A program made the position numbers and the translations under genes. This document shows, piece after piece, positions 13,008 to 26,098 of a stretch of DNA of 64,000 bases. The notes under the pieces were generated by a model that had not been told where the DNA came from, ran no database searches, and saw nothing but the letters and a program-made list of their open reading frames with translations. The stretch comes from Octopus sinensis (taxonomy: Eukaryota): positions 33,306,464 through 33,370,463 of the forward strand of contig NC_043011.1 of the NCBI RefSeq assembly GCF_006345805.1, read 5' to 3'. The number at the start of each line of letters is the position of its first letter. Position 1 is the first letter of the stretch.

Positions 13008-13845
13008 CACACCAGGATGAATATCCCCTTCAATCTAGCAAAAAGGATATGCACTATAGTCTCTAACGCAAACACCAGAGACACACGACTACAAGAACTA
13101 AAAGATACCCTTATCACCAGGAACTATCCACCTTCACTTATTGACAAGTGCATTCAACGTGCCCTTCAACTTAACATCAAGGAACTGAGACATCCCAAAT
13201 CAAAGAAAAACTTACAACCAAAAGCCTTACCATACATCTCCACACACAACCCTCTCAATAACGAAGCCTTCGGCACCATCCTCCACAACATACCCCTCCT
13301 AAAAAAAGACCACAGAATGAACACAATCCTCCAAACACACACGATCATAAAAAGCAAAAGACAGCCTAGATCCATGAAAAGTCTCCTAACACAAGCCCGA
13401 ATTCACTCTTCAACACAGAAGCCGACAGTAAAAAAATGTGGAAGACCCAATTGCGGGATATGCGACTATCTAATCGAGGGTTCTGAGTTCTCCTTCAAAC
13501 AGGGACAACGGTTTACAGTGAAAAGCAACTTCACATGTGCTTCGGAGAACCTAATATACTCACTAACCTGCTCCGGGTGTCAAGAGCAGTACATAGGCCA
13601 AACAAAAAATGGTTTGCGCAAACGAATGGCCCTGCACAGATCCCAGATAAAAATTCCCCAAAACAGAAAAATAGCTTTTAGCCAACACATAGATACTTGC
13701 GCCAACACAAAAACACCAAACTTCAGAATTTTTTCCCCTCTACCAATTTAGGGACGATACAACCTCGAGACAACGAATAAGTAAAGAAAATCTCTTTATT
13801 ATAAAATACAGGCCACTTCTTAACGGGTCTACAACAAACAATTAA
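13008..13845 (+). pseudogene. RT thumb, Cys-rich linker and GIY-YIG endonuclease of the same PLE ORF (in frame after TGA; +1 T frameshift at about 13729-13734)
   Basis: CGRPNCGICDYL linker, NLIYSLTCSGCQEQYIGQT (GIY-YIG), RMALH...QH. Removing one T restores FPLYQFRDDTTSRQRISKENLFIIKYRPLLN, ending TAA at 13843-13845. Confidence 0.9.
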
Positions 13846-13964
13846 TATACCTCAACTTAAGAATAAAAGAAATATATATACACACACAAATATTACATTC
13901 CATAGAATCCATTACTAATCGCCCCATCACAGCTATATCTTCACCCATTCATATTCTCCCTTCT

Positions 13965-14135
13965 CTGTTTTTTTTCTTCTTCTTCCTCTTCTTCTTCTTC
14001 ATCATCATCATTATCATCATCATCGTCGTCATCGTCATCACCACCATCATCATCGTCATCTTCTCCTTCTCCTTCTTCTTCTTCATCGTCATCATCATCG
14101 GCACCGTCATCTTCTTCTTCTTCTTCTACTTCTCC
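13965..14135 (+). repeat. Mixed (TTC)n/(ATC)n trinucleotide tract in the PLE 3' UTR
   Basis: Directly visible. Confidence 0.85.
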
Positions 14136-14398
14136 ACTTTCTACCCCTTAACCTTGTCACTAATGTCTTTAAGTATAACGCCTACGCAGCGACTGCCGGT
14201 CGCCACTGACCAGCCCAGATTTTCCCACTCCCACCCCCTCAAGAACTCACAACGACCTCGAATACACAAGTGCAAACAAGGGAGTCAGAGAAAGGCAGAA
14301 TGCCACCTATATCTGAACACTACTATGGAAGTATTCCTTTAAAAAAACCTTTCTTCTAATTTTTCTAAATTTTTCTAAATTTAATTATTTAATCGTTA

Positions 14399-14436
14399 CA
14401 GTTGAAAAGGTCTCAAAATGACCGAAACCAGTACTG
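14399..14436 (+). ncRNA. Minimal hammerhead ribozyme-like motif in the PLE 3' terminus, U3-A8 variant
   Basis: cag TTGAAAA ggtc tcaaaat gacc GAAA c ca GTA ctg. Stem I cag/ctg, stem II ggtc/gacc, GUA cleavage triplet. Confidence 0.72.
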
Positions 14437-14491
14437 AAAGATTCACTATAAAATCATCTTAGCATTTTCTATTTTTGACTTGTTTTTTCAT

Positions 14492-14523
<32 letters not shown>

Positions 14524-14633
14524 GGTGAATGAGAAATAGAAGATAAGAGAATTTTTATTAATTACTACAGTTGTTTCGACACATCTAACATCGATCCCTC
14601 ATGGGTGGGATATTTAACAACTAGTTCAGGAGC
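14524..14633 (-). mobile_element. Truncated copy of the branched-stem-II HHR insert
   Basis: Homologous to 35061-35166. Retains the stem II 3' strand and GAAACAACTGTA but lacks the CUGANGA half. Confidence 0.65.
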
Positions 14634-15710
14634 AAGTAAAAGACAAAAAAAAGTATATATATATATATATCTTTTTTGTCTTTTATTTGTTTCAGTATTT
14701 GGACTGTGGCCAACCTGGGGTGGTTTTAGTAGAACAAATCAATCCCCAGTGGTTGTTGTTTACTTTTTTTAAAGTCTGGGACTTATTCTGTTAGTCCCTT
14801 TTGTCAAAGTGTTATGTTATGGGAATGTAAACAAACTAACATTGGTTGTCAAGTGGTGTGCAACAAACACCACACACGCACACACAAATATATATACAAT
14901 GGGTACGGTGAGCCTCTTTCAGTTTTCATTTACCAAATCCACTTACGAGGTTTTGGTCATTCTGGGGCTATAATAGAAGACTCTCATCCCAGGTGCCACA
15001 CAGTCAGGCTTCTCCAGTTTCTGTTTGCCAGTTTTAGTCACAAAACTTGTGAATGGAACTGGGGAGACAAGACTTGTGCAAACCTTGTGCAGAAGTGTGT
15101 TGGATGGTTTGTACCTAGACTTGAACAGTCCACTCTCTTGTCACACTGTGCCACACTAATTCTGCTAGAGGACTGTGTTAAGAGTACTTGTGTCTGTGGA
15201 ATACTCAGCCACTTTTACTATTATAGTTCAAAGAATAAGTTGTTCAGTTGATTGAACAACTGAATACTCATTGTAGAAAGTGGTAGAAATTTGGAGTTTA
15301 TCTTTGTTTTTGTATCAAACATGTGGTCCCTTTTTGTATAATAAAAGAATTTGCTGATGGAGGGAAAGAAAGATTTTTGAATGTGTTACATTAAGCTGAA
15401 TGAATATGTGAGAACTCCCACATCAACTACCAAGAGCTGTGGTTGTCTGCTTGTAAAACCTTCCCTTCTTCTCTCATTGTGAGCCCTCTAAGTATAATAC
15501 TGATTTCAAATTTTGACACAAAGCCAGCTATTTCAGGGGAGCAGATAAGTCGATTACATCAACCCCAGTGTTCAACTGGTATTTATTTTATTGACCCCCT
15601 CAAAAGGATGAAAAGCAAAGTCAACCTTGGCAAGATTTGAACTCAGAACCTTAAGATGGATGAAATGCCACTAAGCATAGTAAAATTGTTTTCATGAAGC
15701 ATTTGCAGAT

Positions 15711-15728
15711 ATCATCATCATAATCATT

Positions 15729-15761
<33 letters not shown>

Positions 15762-15960
15762 GTTTAATGTCTGCTTTCCATGGTAGCATGGGTTGGACGA
15801 TTTGACTGAGGACTGGTGAACCAGATGGCTGCACCAGGCTCCAATCTGATCTGGCAGAGTTTCTACAGCTAGATGCTCTTCCTAACGCCAACCACTCCGA
15901 GAGTGTAGTGGGTGCTTTTATGTGCCACTGGCACGAGGGTCAGTCAGGCGGTACTGCCAA
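15711..15960 (-). mobile_element. RTE-type 3' tail repeat with (CAT)n
   Basis: Reverse complement of the 3' end of 6965-7745. Confidence 0.75.
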
Positions 15961-16729
15961 TAAAGAATTTTTTTTCTTTAAAGCCAAAATAACACAAGTC
16001 ATGAAAATTAATAATATAGGTCAATGGTTAGTACTATTCACTGGTATTTCAATATTTCTGACTTAGAGCCCCTTCTTCAGGAAATTTACAGAGAAAGGAT
16101 GTTGATAGCTGATTTCTCTGTTCTGTTGTGTGTGTGTTTGAATGGTTGGTTTGCATTGCTTCTGTATCCAATCAGCTGTATGCAATTCAGATCTGTTATT
16201 AATTCCCCGGGCTGTACTTGTTAATTAAAATAGCTTCTGTTAGTCTCAAGATCCCTGTTGAAGGCAAATCCTGTAAACCATTGGGTTGTAAAGGGCTGCT
16301 GCAGCTGACCTCTCCTTCATGTCATGTAATGGGGAAAGTCAGTCTAGCATTGTCCTTCCATGTCCCAATTACTCCCTTGAAAGGAGTTTGGCTTGGAATT
16401 GCAGACCAGTGAAGTACTCATAAGTTTTATAGTGCTGCTCCTGTTTTAAAACAATTTATAATGTTGACCTTTAGGGTTGAAGGGTGATGGTATTGCTAGT
16501 GTCAGATAATTTGTTTTGTAGTAAATATTTGGTTCATCATTTTGTTTATTAAGCCCTTTGCTCTCTATGGAACACAAGCCATTGACAACTTTTCTCCATT
16601 GTCCTTAACTCTGGATTGTAAGGCTTTCCTCTAACAGATATTATTTTGTTCTTATTGATGCTTCTGTAACTTAGTAGAGATGTTGGTTCTACACAAACCC
16701 ATTTTTACCTCTGGAAAGAGGTGGTCTTT

Positions 16730-16850
16730 ATTAGTCTGACTTCTATCCTTTGACCTGTCCAACATGGGAGACCTTACTAGAGCATGTGTTTGTTTTGGTA
16801 TAGCCCTCAGGGTCATTGAGACACATAAGCCACAACACTACCACTAGGAC
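16730..16850 (-). mobile_element. RTE-type 5' leader fragment
   Basis: Minus strand: tcaatgaccctgagggctatacc...ggtctcccatgttggacaggtcaaagg. Homologous to 49505-49620. Confidence 0.55.
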
Positions 16851-16994
16851 TGGACAGTGTGGTTGAAGTATTTAGTTACATCATTTTATTCTTGAGTTCA
16901 AATCCTGAAGTGGTCAATTTGTGGAGGTGCATGGCTTAGTGGTTAGGGTTTTGGACTCTTAATCATAAGACTGTGGTTTTGATTCCTGGAACCA

Positions 16995-17417
16995 CAATTC
17001 CATTAGGTGCTTAGAGCATCAAGGGTGGGGGCACCACAGAAATGAAAATGGTTTACAGCAGAAAAGAAATCACTTTAAACCTGCTAAAATAATATTCGTA
17101 ATGCCTTATCTCTACTAAGTATAGAAGCAGAAGTTTTGCATAAAATTAATTTTAACCATATCATTGAACACTTTGCAATAAAAAAAAAAATAGAAAACAT
17201 TTCAAATATAAACGAAGTGGAAGTATAAAAACATAAACATTATTTTCCATCTTTCTGTGAATTTTGTTTCATATTGAAAGATAAAAATTTATTTTATGGT
17301 TTATCATCATTTACATTTTGAATTATTTTTGTTTACATTTTGAACTATTTTCATATACTTGAGGGCACGAAAACCTTTTAAGTCCTTAGGGCCTCTATAG
17401 ATTTTAACCTGACCCTG
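16995..17417 (+). mobile_element. hAT-derived non-autonomous element nested in a tRNA-SINE
   Basis: Similar to 18789-19211. The SINE head at 16923-16990 resumes at about 17418. Confidence 0.65.
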
Positions 17418-18053
17418 TCCTTGAGCAAACAACTTCATTTCATGCTACCCCAGTCCACTCAGCTGGTAAAAATGAGTAATCCTGCAATTGACCAGTGTCC
17501 CATGCAAGAAGGAGCATATACACCATGGAAATTGGGAAAACCAACCCTATGCTCCTTACAGTATAATGTGGACTAACCACAGGTCAGCTTTACCTTTTTC
17601 CATCCTGGGAGTCAGTAAAATAAGTTTCAGTACCAAATGTAATCCTTTAAAGTCCTGTACCTCAGCTTGGTCAAAATCCAATGATTGAAAAATCAATAAA
17701 ATAATGTTCTACATCTGTTTAGTTAAGTGACCTTGTCAAAAACACATGTACCCAAGAACTTATCGGTATGACCATCTGACCATCTGTGACACTCTATATG
17801 TTAATAATAAGTCAAATTATTTGTTTTTCAGATATTGAATGATAAAATCCATTTTTGAATCAGTTGTTTTTGACTTAGTAACCTATCTAAGCAACTAATT
17901 TTAATTGGTACAGCTTTTAGTCACATTTTTACTCTCTCTCCATTCCACATACCTAACACACTTTAATGCTGCAACAAGCACTTCCAAGTCAATGAGTCAT
18001 TCAACTTACTAGAAATAGTAACCAAATCTCCCTCCAAATTAACCAACATACCA

Positions 18054-18429
18054 GGTGTAGGAATGGCTGTGTGGTAAGTAGCTTGTTTACCAACCACATG
18101 GTTCTGGGTTCAGTCCCACTGCATGACACCTTGGGCAAGTATCTTCTACTATAGCCTCAGGTTGACCAAAGCCTTGTGAGTGAATTTGGTAGACGGAAAC
18201 TGAAAGAAGTCCGTCGTATATATGTATATGTATATGTGTGTGTGTATATGTTTGTGTGTCTGTGTTTGTCGCCCCCAACATCGCTTGACAACCGATGCTG
18301 GTGTGTTTATGTCACCGTAACTTAGCGGTTCGGCAAAAGAAACCAATATAAGTCCTGGGGTCGATTTGCTCGACTAAAGGCGGTGCTCCAGCATGGCCAC
18401 AGTCAAATGACTGAAACAAGTAAAAGAGT
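18054..18429 (+). mobile_element. SINE family A
   Basis: Full head-to-tail match to the family. Confidence 0.85.
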
Positions 18430-18474
18430 ATACTTATCACCTTGCATCAGTTCTACATCCAACTGTCCATGTTT

Positions 18475-18700
18475 GCATGGGTGCTTTTTTCACATGGTGC
18501 TGGCACGGGTACCTTCTGACATGGCACCGGCACAGGTGCCTCTTCACGTGGAGCTGGTATGTCAGCTTTTTACATTCTTTTTACATGGTGCCAGCATGGG
18601 TGCCTCTTCATGTGGAGCTGGCATGGGTTCTTTTTCCACAGCACTGGCACAGGTGCCCTTTACATGACACCGGCATAGGTCCTTTTTTACATGGTGCAGG
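18475..18700 (+). repeat. Degenerate ~27-bp tandem repeat x ~8
   Basis: Units like ggtgcctttttacatggtgctggcac, related to a subrepeat of the RTE 3' UTR. Confidence 0.6.
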
Positions 18701-18788
18701 CTAAATAACAACAACAAAATGCATTAATCTCATGCACCTGACCTCTGATGCAAATTCTCATCAGTGCCACTTTAGTGTGTAGTCTACC

Positions 18789-19211
18789 CAGCACTGGATT
18801 AACCATTAAGCAAAATAAGCATGTGCTTAGGACATCAAGGGAAGGAGGGGGGCACCACAGAAATGGTAAATAGTTTACGGCACAAAAGAAATCACTTTAA
18901 ACTTGCTAAAATAATATTCAGGATGCCTTTATCTCTACTAAGTATAGATGCAGATATGTTACCTAAGATTAATTTTGTGGATCTGATCAAAGACTTTGCA
19001 ATTCAAAAAAGTTGGAGGAACTTTTCTAACATAAATTAAGTGGAAGTATACAAAAATAAACATTATTTTCCCTCTTACAGTTTTGTTTCATTTTGAAAAT
19101 AAAAAATTGATTTTATTGTTTGTTATTTATATTTTGAATTACATAATCTTTTATGGAGGCACCAAAATCTTTTAATTGCTTAGGGCCTCAATGGGTCTTA
19201 ATTCGGCTCTG
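18789..19211 (+). mobile_element. hAT-family non-autonomous element
   Basis: Imperfect TIRs (cagcactggattaa / ttaattcggctctg) and 8-bp TSD agtctacc / agtttacc. Retains a hAT C-terminal dimerisation-like peptide LSLLSIDADMLPKINFVDLIKDFAIQK. Confidence 0.75.
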
Positions 19212-20260
19212 AGTTTACCTGGCCATTTACACTTTAGTGTGCAGTCTAACTTTAAACCTTAATTCCAAACCCTAACTCCTAACCCTTAACATAACTCAGA
19301 TCAGGTCATTTCACAGTGTAGACTACTGATACTACACTAGACCAGATACTAAAGTAGCACGTTTTATTTATCCAGATAGAATGTTTCTGCTTGAATTATG
19401 AAAAAAAAAGTTTCCAATTTTAATTTTATATTTTGTATACAATAATTAAGAGTCAATAAAAATTAATCTTTCTTGTGTGTGTGACTTAATTGAAAGGATA
19501 CAAAGAATTGTATATGCTTCCTTGTGTGGAGTTTAATTGAAAGAATACAAAGAATGGGACTGACATGTTCATGTGGGTATGAGGTTTATTGACAATTTAT
19601 AATGCAGATGTGCATTATGTTCCAACCATGACGATCTCCTCATCTTTCAGACATGTTATACCCTGGATTGCATCATTTAGTGTATCTACTTTTAAAAACA
19701 GTATAGTGTAATTTGAAGAAGACTTGGCTGTTATTTCTAGCAGGTCAAAAGACTGCTTAAATCCATTCTGTTGTTGGTGGTGGTATTCAGCTCCTGATTA
19801 ACACCAATTAAGTAGAATATGAAGAAATAAGAAAAGACAGATGAAAAAGGAAAAGAAAGAAGAAAAGGGGTTGGGTAAAGCAGTAGAAGATACAAGGGTG
19901 TGGACGATGGGCCACACACCCCAAAACAAATGGTAAGCTCAGATGCACACCATGGTAATGACTGCTATGGTGTTGCCACAGAGAATGGCCAGCAATACTT
20001 ACTGCAACAGCCACTCCACCTCACTGGGCTCATTTCTCAGATGAGCCATCATTATCCCGATTTTGTGGAAAAAATCAGAAGTATAGGGTCTGAGGAACAC
20101 CTGACATCTCAATGGCGACCAGCACAAACTGTTAGCAACTGGTCAGACCCCTGTATTTATTGATTTGTATTCCCTATTTTTCTTTCTATTGCTTTATCTC
20201 CCCACCATTTTTTTCTTTCTTTTCCTTTTTTCTTCTGCTTCTTTGCATTTAAATATTATA

Positions 20261-20975
20261 GATGCAGGAGTGGCTGTGTGGTAAGTAGCTTGCTTACCAA
20301 CCACATGCTCGCGGGTTCATTCCCCCTGCATGGCACCTTGGGCAAGTGTCTTCTACTATAGCCTCGGGCCAACCAAAGCCTTGTGAGTGGATTTGGTAGA
20401 CGGAAACTGAAAGAAACCTGTCGTGTATATGTGTGTGTGTGTATATAATGCCTTGTGAGTGGATTTGGTAGACGGAAACTGAAAGAAGCCTGTCGTATAT
20501 ATGTATATATATATATGTGTGTGTATATGTGTTTGTGTGTCTGTGTTTGTCCCCCTATGCTGGTGTGTTTACGTCCCCGTCACTTAGCGGTTCGGCAAAA
20601 GAGACCGATAGAATAAGTACTGGGCTTACAAAGAATAAGTCCTGGGGTCGATTTGCTCGATTAAAGGCGGTGCTCCAGCATGGCCGCAGTCAAATGACTG
20701 AAACAAGTAAAAGAGTAAAAAGAGTAAAGAGTATATATATATATATATATATGTATGTATTTGTATGTATATGTTTGTGCATCTGTGTTTGTGCCCCCAA
20801 CATCACTTGACAACCGATGCTGGTGTGTTTACGTCCCCATAACTTAGTGGTTCGGCAAAAGAGACTGATAGAATAAGTACTAGGCTTCCAAAGAATAAGT
20901 CCTGGGGGCGATTTGCTCGACTAAAGGTGGTGCTCCTGCATGGCTGCAGTCAAATGACTGAAACAAGTAAAAGAG
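20261..20975 (+). mobile_element. SINE family A with internal duplication and a tandem second 3' half
   Basis: gccttgtgagtggatttggtagacggaaactg occurs twice, and the 3' half is repeated at about 20750-20975. Confidence 0.85.
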
Positions 20976-22132
20976 AAAAAAAAATCTAAAATGTGATCTG
21001 TTGTATAATTAACTGTAAAAATAAGCCTTTTTTAATTAAGCAGAACTATCATCCAAATTATTTTGGCCTGACCATCTTGCATTGTTTTTTCTAGACATAG
21101 ATGCAGGTATAGATGAGTGGTTAAGGAGCTTGTTTCATAACCATGTGGTTTCAGGTTCAGTTTCATTGTGTGATACCTTGGTCACGTTCTTCTATATCAC
21201 TGGACTGACCAATATCTTGTGAGTGAATTTGGTTGACATGGTGGACAGAAATTGTGTGGAGGCCCATCATGTGTGTGTGTGTGTGTGTTTGTCTGTGTGT
21301 ATGCATAGTATGTAAATATGTATAGCATGTGTGTGTGTGTGTGCACCTATTTGTGACTGTGCTTGTCACCCTCCCATACACCACTTGACAACTGGTGTTG
21401 GTTTGTTTACTTTACTATTAACTTAGCAAAAGAGACCAATAGAAAAAGTACCAGATTTTTAAAAAAAGATAAAAACAAAAAAACAAGTACTAGAGTTGAT
21501 GAATTCAACTAAAACCATCCAAGGTGGTGCCCCAGCATGGCCACATAACTGAAACAAGTAAAAGATAGTGTATCTAAGATTACATTAATCAACGTGCTTT
21601 TTTTTTTTAAGACAGCGGAATGTGATATGAATGAGATTTTGCTGCTATTTCTTGTAGATTGTGCAACCGTTTTGCAGTAACCATGTTAAATGTAACTGTA
21701 CATCAAATTAAATGAAGCATGATTCCATTTTTGAAGTGATAACCAGTTGGGAGAAAAACACTTAAAAAATAATCGATCATCCAGAAAATCTAATTGATCA
21801 ATATTGATTGTTTCATGGAAATACAAGATATTGTCACATTTATAATCTAGTATCATACACACACACAATATGGCGTTATCTTCATCATTGTTCTAATTTT
21901 TTCATGTTTGCATCAGAGAAAGGGAATGACTCATTGAGGTAGATTTTTTATGGCTGGATGCTCTGTCTGTCACCAACCCTCACTTGCTTTCAAGCAAGGT
22001 AATATTATTTGACTAATGTGAGCATGTTTACATGGAAGGTTAAAAAAACATGCAGTCCAGGAGAAGGTTGGTAACGTGAAAAACATCCAGCCAGAAAAAT
22101 CTGCCTCAACAAATGTGTGTGTGTGTGTTTAT

Positions 22133-22163
<31 letters not shown>

Positions 22164-22169
22164 CATATA

Positions 22170-22778
22170 TCCTCACCATCTACAAGAGAAGAGACCAAGA
22201 GGATTGCAGCAACTATCAGGGCATCTCACTCCTGAGTATTGCAAGCAAGATATTCACCCATATCCCACTCATTTGCCTCCTCATTCTTGTGGAAGATGTC
22301 CTCCCTGAGACCCAGTGTGGCTTTCAACTCTCTCAAGGCACAACTGACATGATCTTTTGTGCCTGCCAACTTCATGAGAAGTGTCAAAAACAATAACAGC
22401 CTGCAATGTTTATCTTCTGAGATCTAAAGAAAGCCTTTGACAAGGTCCCCCATCCTTGCTCGGTTTGGATGTCTGGAGGACTTCATTGCCCTGCTCCGCC
22501 CCCTTCATGATGGCATGCCCTCACAGACCTGTTTTCCATCTTTGGGGGTCTTAAGTAAAGATTTGTCCTGGCAGAAACCTGTTTCTCTTTGTACATGGCC
22601 GCCCTGTTCAATGAAATCCCACCAGGCTCGCCTTCTAGCAACATGTGCTATCGCTCAGATGGTGGACACTTCAATCTTGCACATCTCTATGCAAAGATGA
22701 GGACCTCCACCATCTCAGTCCATGAGATGCAGTATGCCAATGACAATACCACTCCAAGCTGGACTGCAGATGGCCTAT
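22170..22778 (+). mobile_element. RTE/BovB-like LINE reverse-transcriptase fragment (degenerate)
   Basis: DCSNYQGISLLSIASKIF...LPETQCGFQLSQGTTDMIF...QLHEKCQ, followed by DLKKAFD-like and MQYAND motifs. Confidence 0.8.
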
Positions 22779-22801
22779 AAAGGACAAACACAGACACACA
22801 A

Positions 22802-22881
<80 letters not shown>

Positions 22882-23309
22882 GATGGGCTTCTTTCAGTTT
22901 CTGTCAACCAAATCCACTCACAAGGCTTTCGTCGGCCCGAGGCTATAGTAGAAGACACTCGTCCAAGGTGCTTTGCAGTGGGAATGAACCCGGAACCATG
23001 TGGTTAGTAAGCAAGCTACTTACCACACAGCCACTCAATAGAAAATTAATATAAAGAGCAGGACGCAATTTAGTACATTAAAGGAAAAATTCAGTTGTCA
23101 CTAAATGTGACTAACAGATGACAAGACACCTATATTGCTAGAAATAGGAGTAAAATACTCCTGGTTCTATAAGGAGAGTGCACATGTATACACATATGCT
23201 GACAGGGGAAGAAACTGCCCAATAACTGTATATATGTATATACAGTATATATGTATATATATATATATTATATATATATATATTATATATATATATAAAG
23301 TGCTTAGCA

Positions 23310-23890
23310 CTCCACTAGCATGGATGCCAGTCAGTGAATTTTATTTCGATTTCACTTCCCTCAATAGGTCTTCGCAAGCAGAGCTTTTTGGACACTAAAC
23401 TTTGCTTGCAAAGACCTGTTGAGGCAAGTGAAATCGAAATCGAATTTGAAATCAAATTTGATGACTTGCATCCATGCTAGTGGAGCGCTAAGAGTACCAT
23501 CCGAGCGTGATCATTGCCAGAACAGCAAACTGGCTTCCGTACCGGTGGCACGTAAAAATGCACCATTTGAAAGTGATTGTTACGAGCATTGCCTTACTGG
23601 CACGGGAAAAAGCATTTAAGTGAGGTCATTGCCAGTGCCACTGGCATGTAAAAAAACACCATTTGAGCATGGCTCTTGCCAGTACCGCCTGACTGGCCCT
23701 CATGCCGGTGGCACATAGAAGCACCCACTACACTCCCGGAGTGGTTGGCATTAGGAAGAGCATCCAGCTGTAGAAACTCTGTCAGATCAGATTTGAGCCT
23801 GGTGCAGCCATCTGGTTTGCCAGTCCTCTGTCAAATTGTCCAACCCATGCTAGCATGGAAAGTGGACATTAAACGATGATGATGATGATA
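23310..23890. mobile_element. RTE-type 3' UTR repeat with a short inverted 5' piece
   Basis: Matches 7290-7745. Segment 23305-23380 is inverted relative to 23400-23490. Confidence 0.65.
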
Positions 23891-24217
23891 TAAAATGTAC
23901 ATACACACGCACGCACACACACACTGAGTATGCTTATGTAATTCAGTATATATATGTGTGTAATTGTCTATGTATACCTACCTGTGTATATGCATGTGTT
24001 GTGAGTTTAATCTTAGTCACCCTCTACATTGTCTGTTTAATTGATTCTTCATTAATTATACCAGTTCTGCTCCATTCCAATACATAGTCTTACACACTCA
24101 CAAATCAACGACAATATTAGTTGCTTCTATTGTCTACACCAGTACACACACCCACACACACACACACCCACTACAGGTTGTTGTTGTTGTTTTTGTTGAA
24201 GAATAGCCACGGCCTTG

Positions 24218-24275
24218 TTGAGTCAGCCCTGCTTTATCAGACCTATGGCACAGAGGTAACTGGTTATATACGGCT
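24218..24275 (+). promoter_or_regulatory. Candidate promoter (AP-1-like TGAGTCA, TATA-like TTATATA) at the start of the TE-poor island
   Basis: ttgagtcagc at about 24218 and ggttatatacgg at about 24262. Motif-only evidence. Confidence 0.25.
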
Positions 24276-26098
24276 GGCAGCCAGCATCTAAGGAACAAAA
24301 AAAAAAGAACCCCAACCAAAAAGAAGAAAAAAATAAGGACAACAATAACAAACAACAAATAAACATTGGGGATTTGATTTCTTGAAGTGATTTACATTCA
24401 TACACACGTGTCTGTATATGCATATATGAACATGTGTTTAGTGTGTGTATAAATATATATATATATATGATATCTGAATGCATTTTTTAAGCAAATTTCC
24501 CAAAAGTGGATGCCATATGATCTGAAACAAGGAGAAAAACAAGGAAGGAAACATTCAAGACCAAAATAAGAACCAGAAGGCTTCAACAGAAATGCTTTCA
24601 TTTTCTCCTCTGTATTATAATATAAGGATTCAACAGATTTATGTCCCCTTATGAGTAACTTGTCAGGAAGATTGTTTCAACTGCTGGATACTTTGTGTTA
24701 AATATATATATATATACGTATATATATATATAGGTCAATCAGCGTGAAGAATTTTTATCCATCATCTTGGAATGTATGTAAATTGTCTTTTTCTAAAATT
24801 TTTTAATCAGCTGGATATCTTGTTTTGTTTTGTCCTGTTCTTTACGTCCTACTTTCTAATGCAAACTTCAGAAAAATGTTCTTGTTCAAACCACGCAGGA
24901 CTTGAAGTGAATACAATAGAGTGGCTTGTTTCAAGAATCTGTTGTTGTTGTTGCTGCTGCTACTTCTACTACTTCTGCTCCTGTTGCCGAGGTTCTTGTA
25001 ATTTTCTTTTAGTTTTCATTCTTCAAGAACTTCATTTTCGACATTTGACAAAAAGCACTTTCCCACCAAAACTATACATCACATTCACAAAAGCATGACA
25101 CTTAGTCTTTGAGTTTGCTGTCTCTCTAACACACACACACTCTCTCTCTGTAGCACACACACACACTCTCTGTCCCTCTCTCATATGCACAGACTCTCTC
25201 TCTCTCTCTTACTCACCACACACTCTATTTCACATACACACCTTCCTTCTCTCCTGTCTCTTTCTCTCTCATTATCTCCTACCCTTATGCTTCTGTGTCA
25301 ATGAAATTGGTGATGGTTGGTTATATTACCTGACCACTCAATGTTTCCTCTATCTTCTTTAACTGTCAGTTAAATTGGGACAAGAGAATATTACCACACT
25401 CAAAGTACAACACAAGAAGGACACAGCAGTTCATGTGTGTCCAGTACAAATTAACAGCATTCCAACTGAGAAGATACTCCGTCCACTCAGCCATTCTACT
25501 ACTCCTTGAGTATTCAGTGTAACACTTTGCAGCTCACTATCTCACAGAATACACAGTTAAGCATTTACTCTACTCAAAAATCTACAGAATCCAGTAGCAT
25601 AACCTAAATGCTAAAGCCATTTGTCACCTTTCACAGCATTCTTATGGGTACCTAAAATTTACCAAAGATTTTCTGCTGCCAACCGACTTGAAAAAAACCC
25701 AGAAAAACTACCTCAAGTGCCAACTGATTTATTGTATGACCAGTTTACTTTACATTACATTTGGTCTGATGGAATTTTGCTAACCAATTTTCGTCCCTTA
25801 AATTTTCCTCCTTGGTGCCACTGATGTTCTGCTGGTCTTGCTTTTGTTGTTGTTATTGTTGTTCAGCATTGATACAAGCAATCCTATTGGATTATGGAGA
25901 CACATGAAATATTGTCGAGACATCTAAAGTCCTGACAACACTGCAACCTCTGAGGTGTCAGTAATATTTTTTCTTCTCTTCTTACACGTGCATCCTTTTA
26001 TGGAATTTTTAACCTGATGTTTCCCAATCTGTATTCCATTGAACATTTCTAATAGTTCCACACATATTTGACTCAGCCTAAAATTGTTTCTTACATAG

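Larger units (their letters stand above)
11279..14490 (+). mobile_element. Penelope-like retroelement (Neptune-type), 5'-truncated, inserted in (TA)n
   Basis: RT plus C-terminal GIY-YIG ORF, (TA)n on both flanks, hammerhead-like motif near the 3' end. Confidence 0.93.

Noticed and set aside
13846-14490. SECIS element for the in-frame TGA
   Set aside because: No AUGA...AA...GA kink-turn hairpin is visible. The only ATGA lies within the hammerhead stem II.
19900-20163. 87-aa non-repetitive ORF as a host exon
   Set aside because: No recognisable domain and no convincing flanking splice sites.
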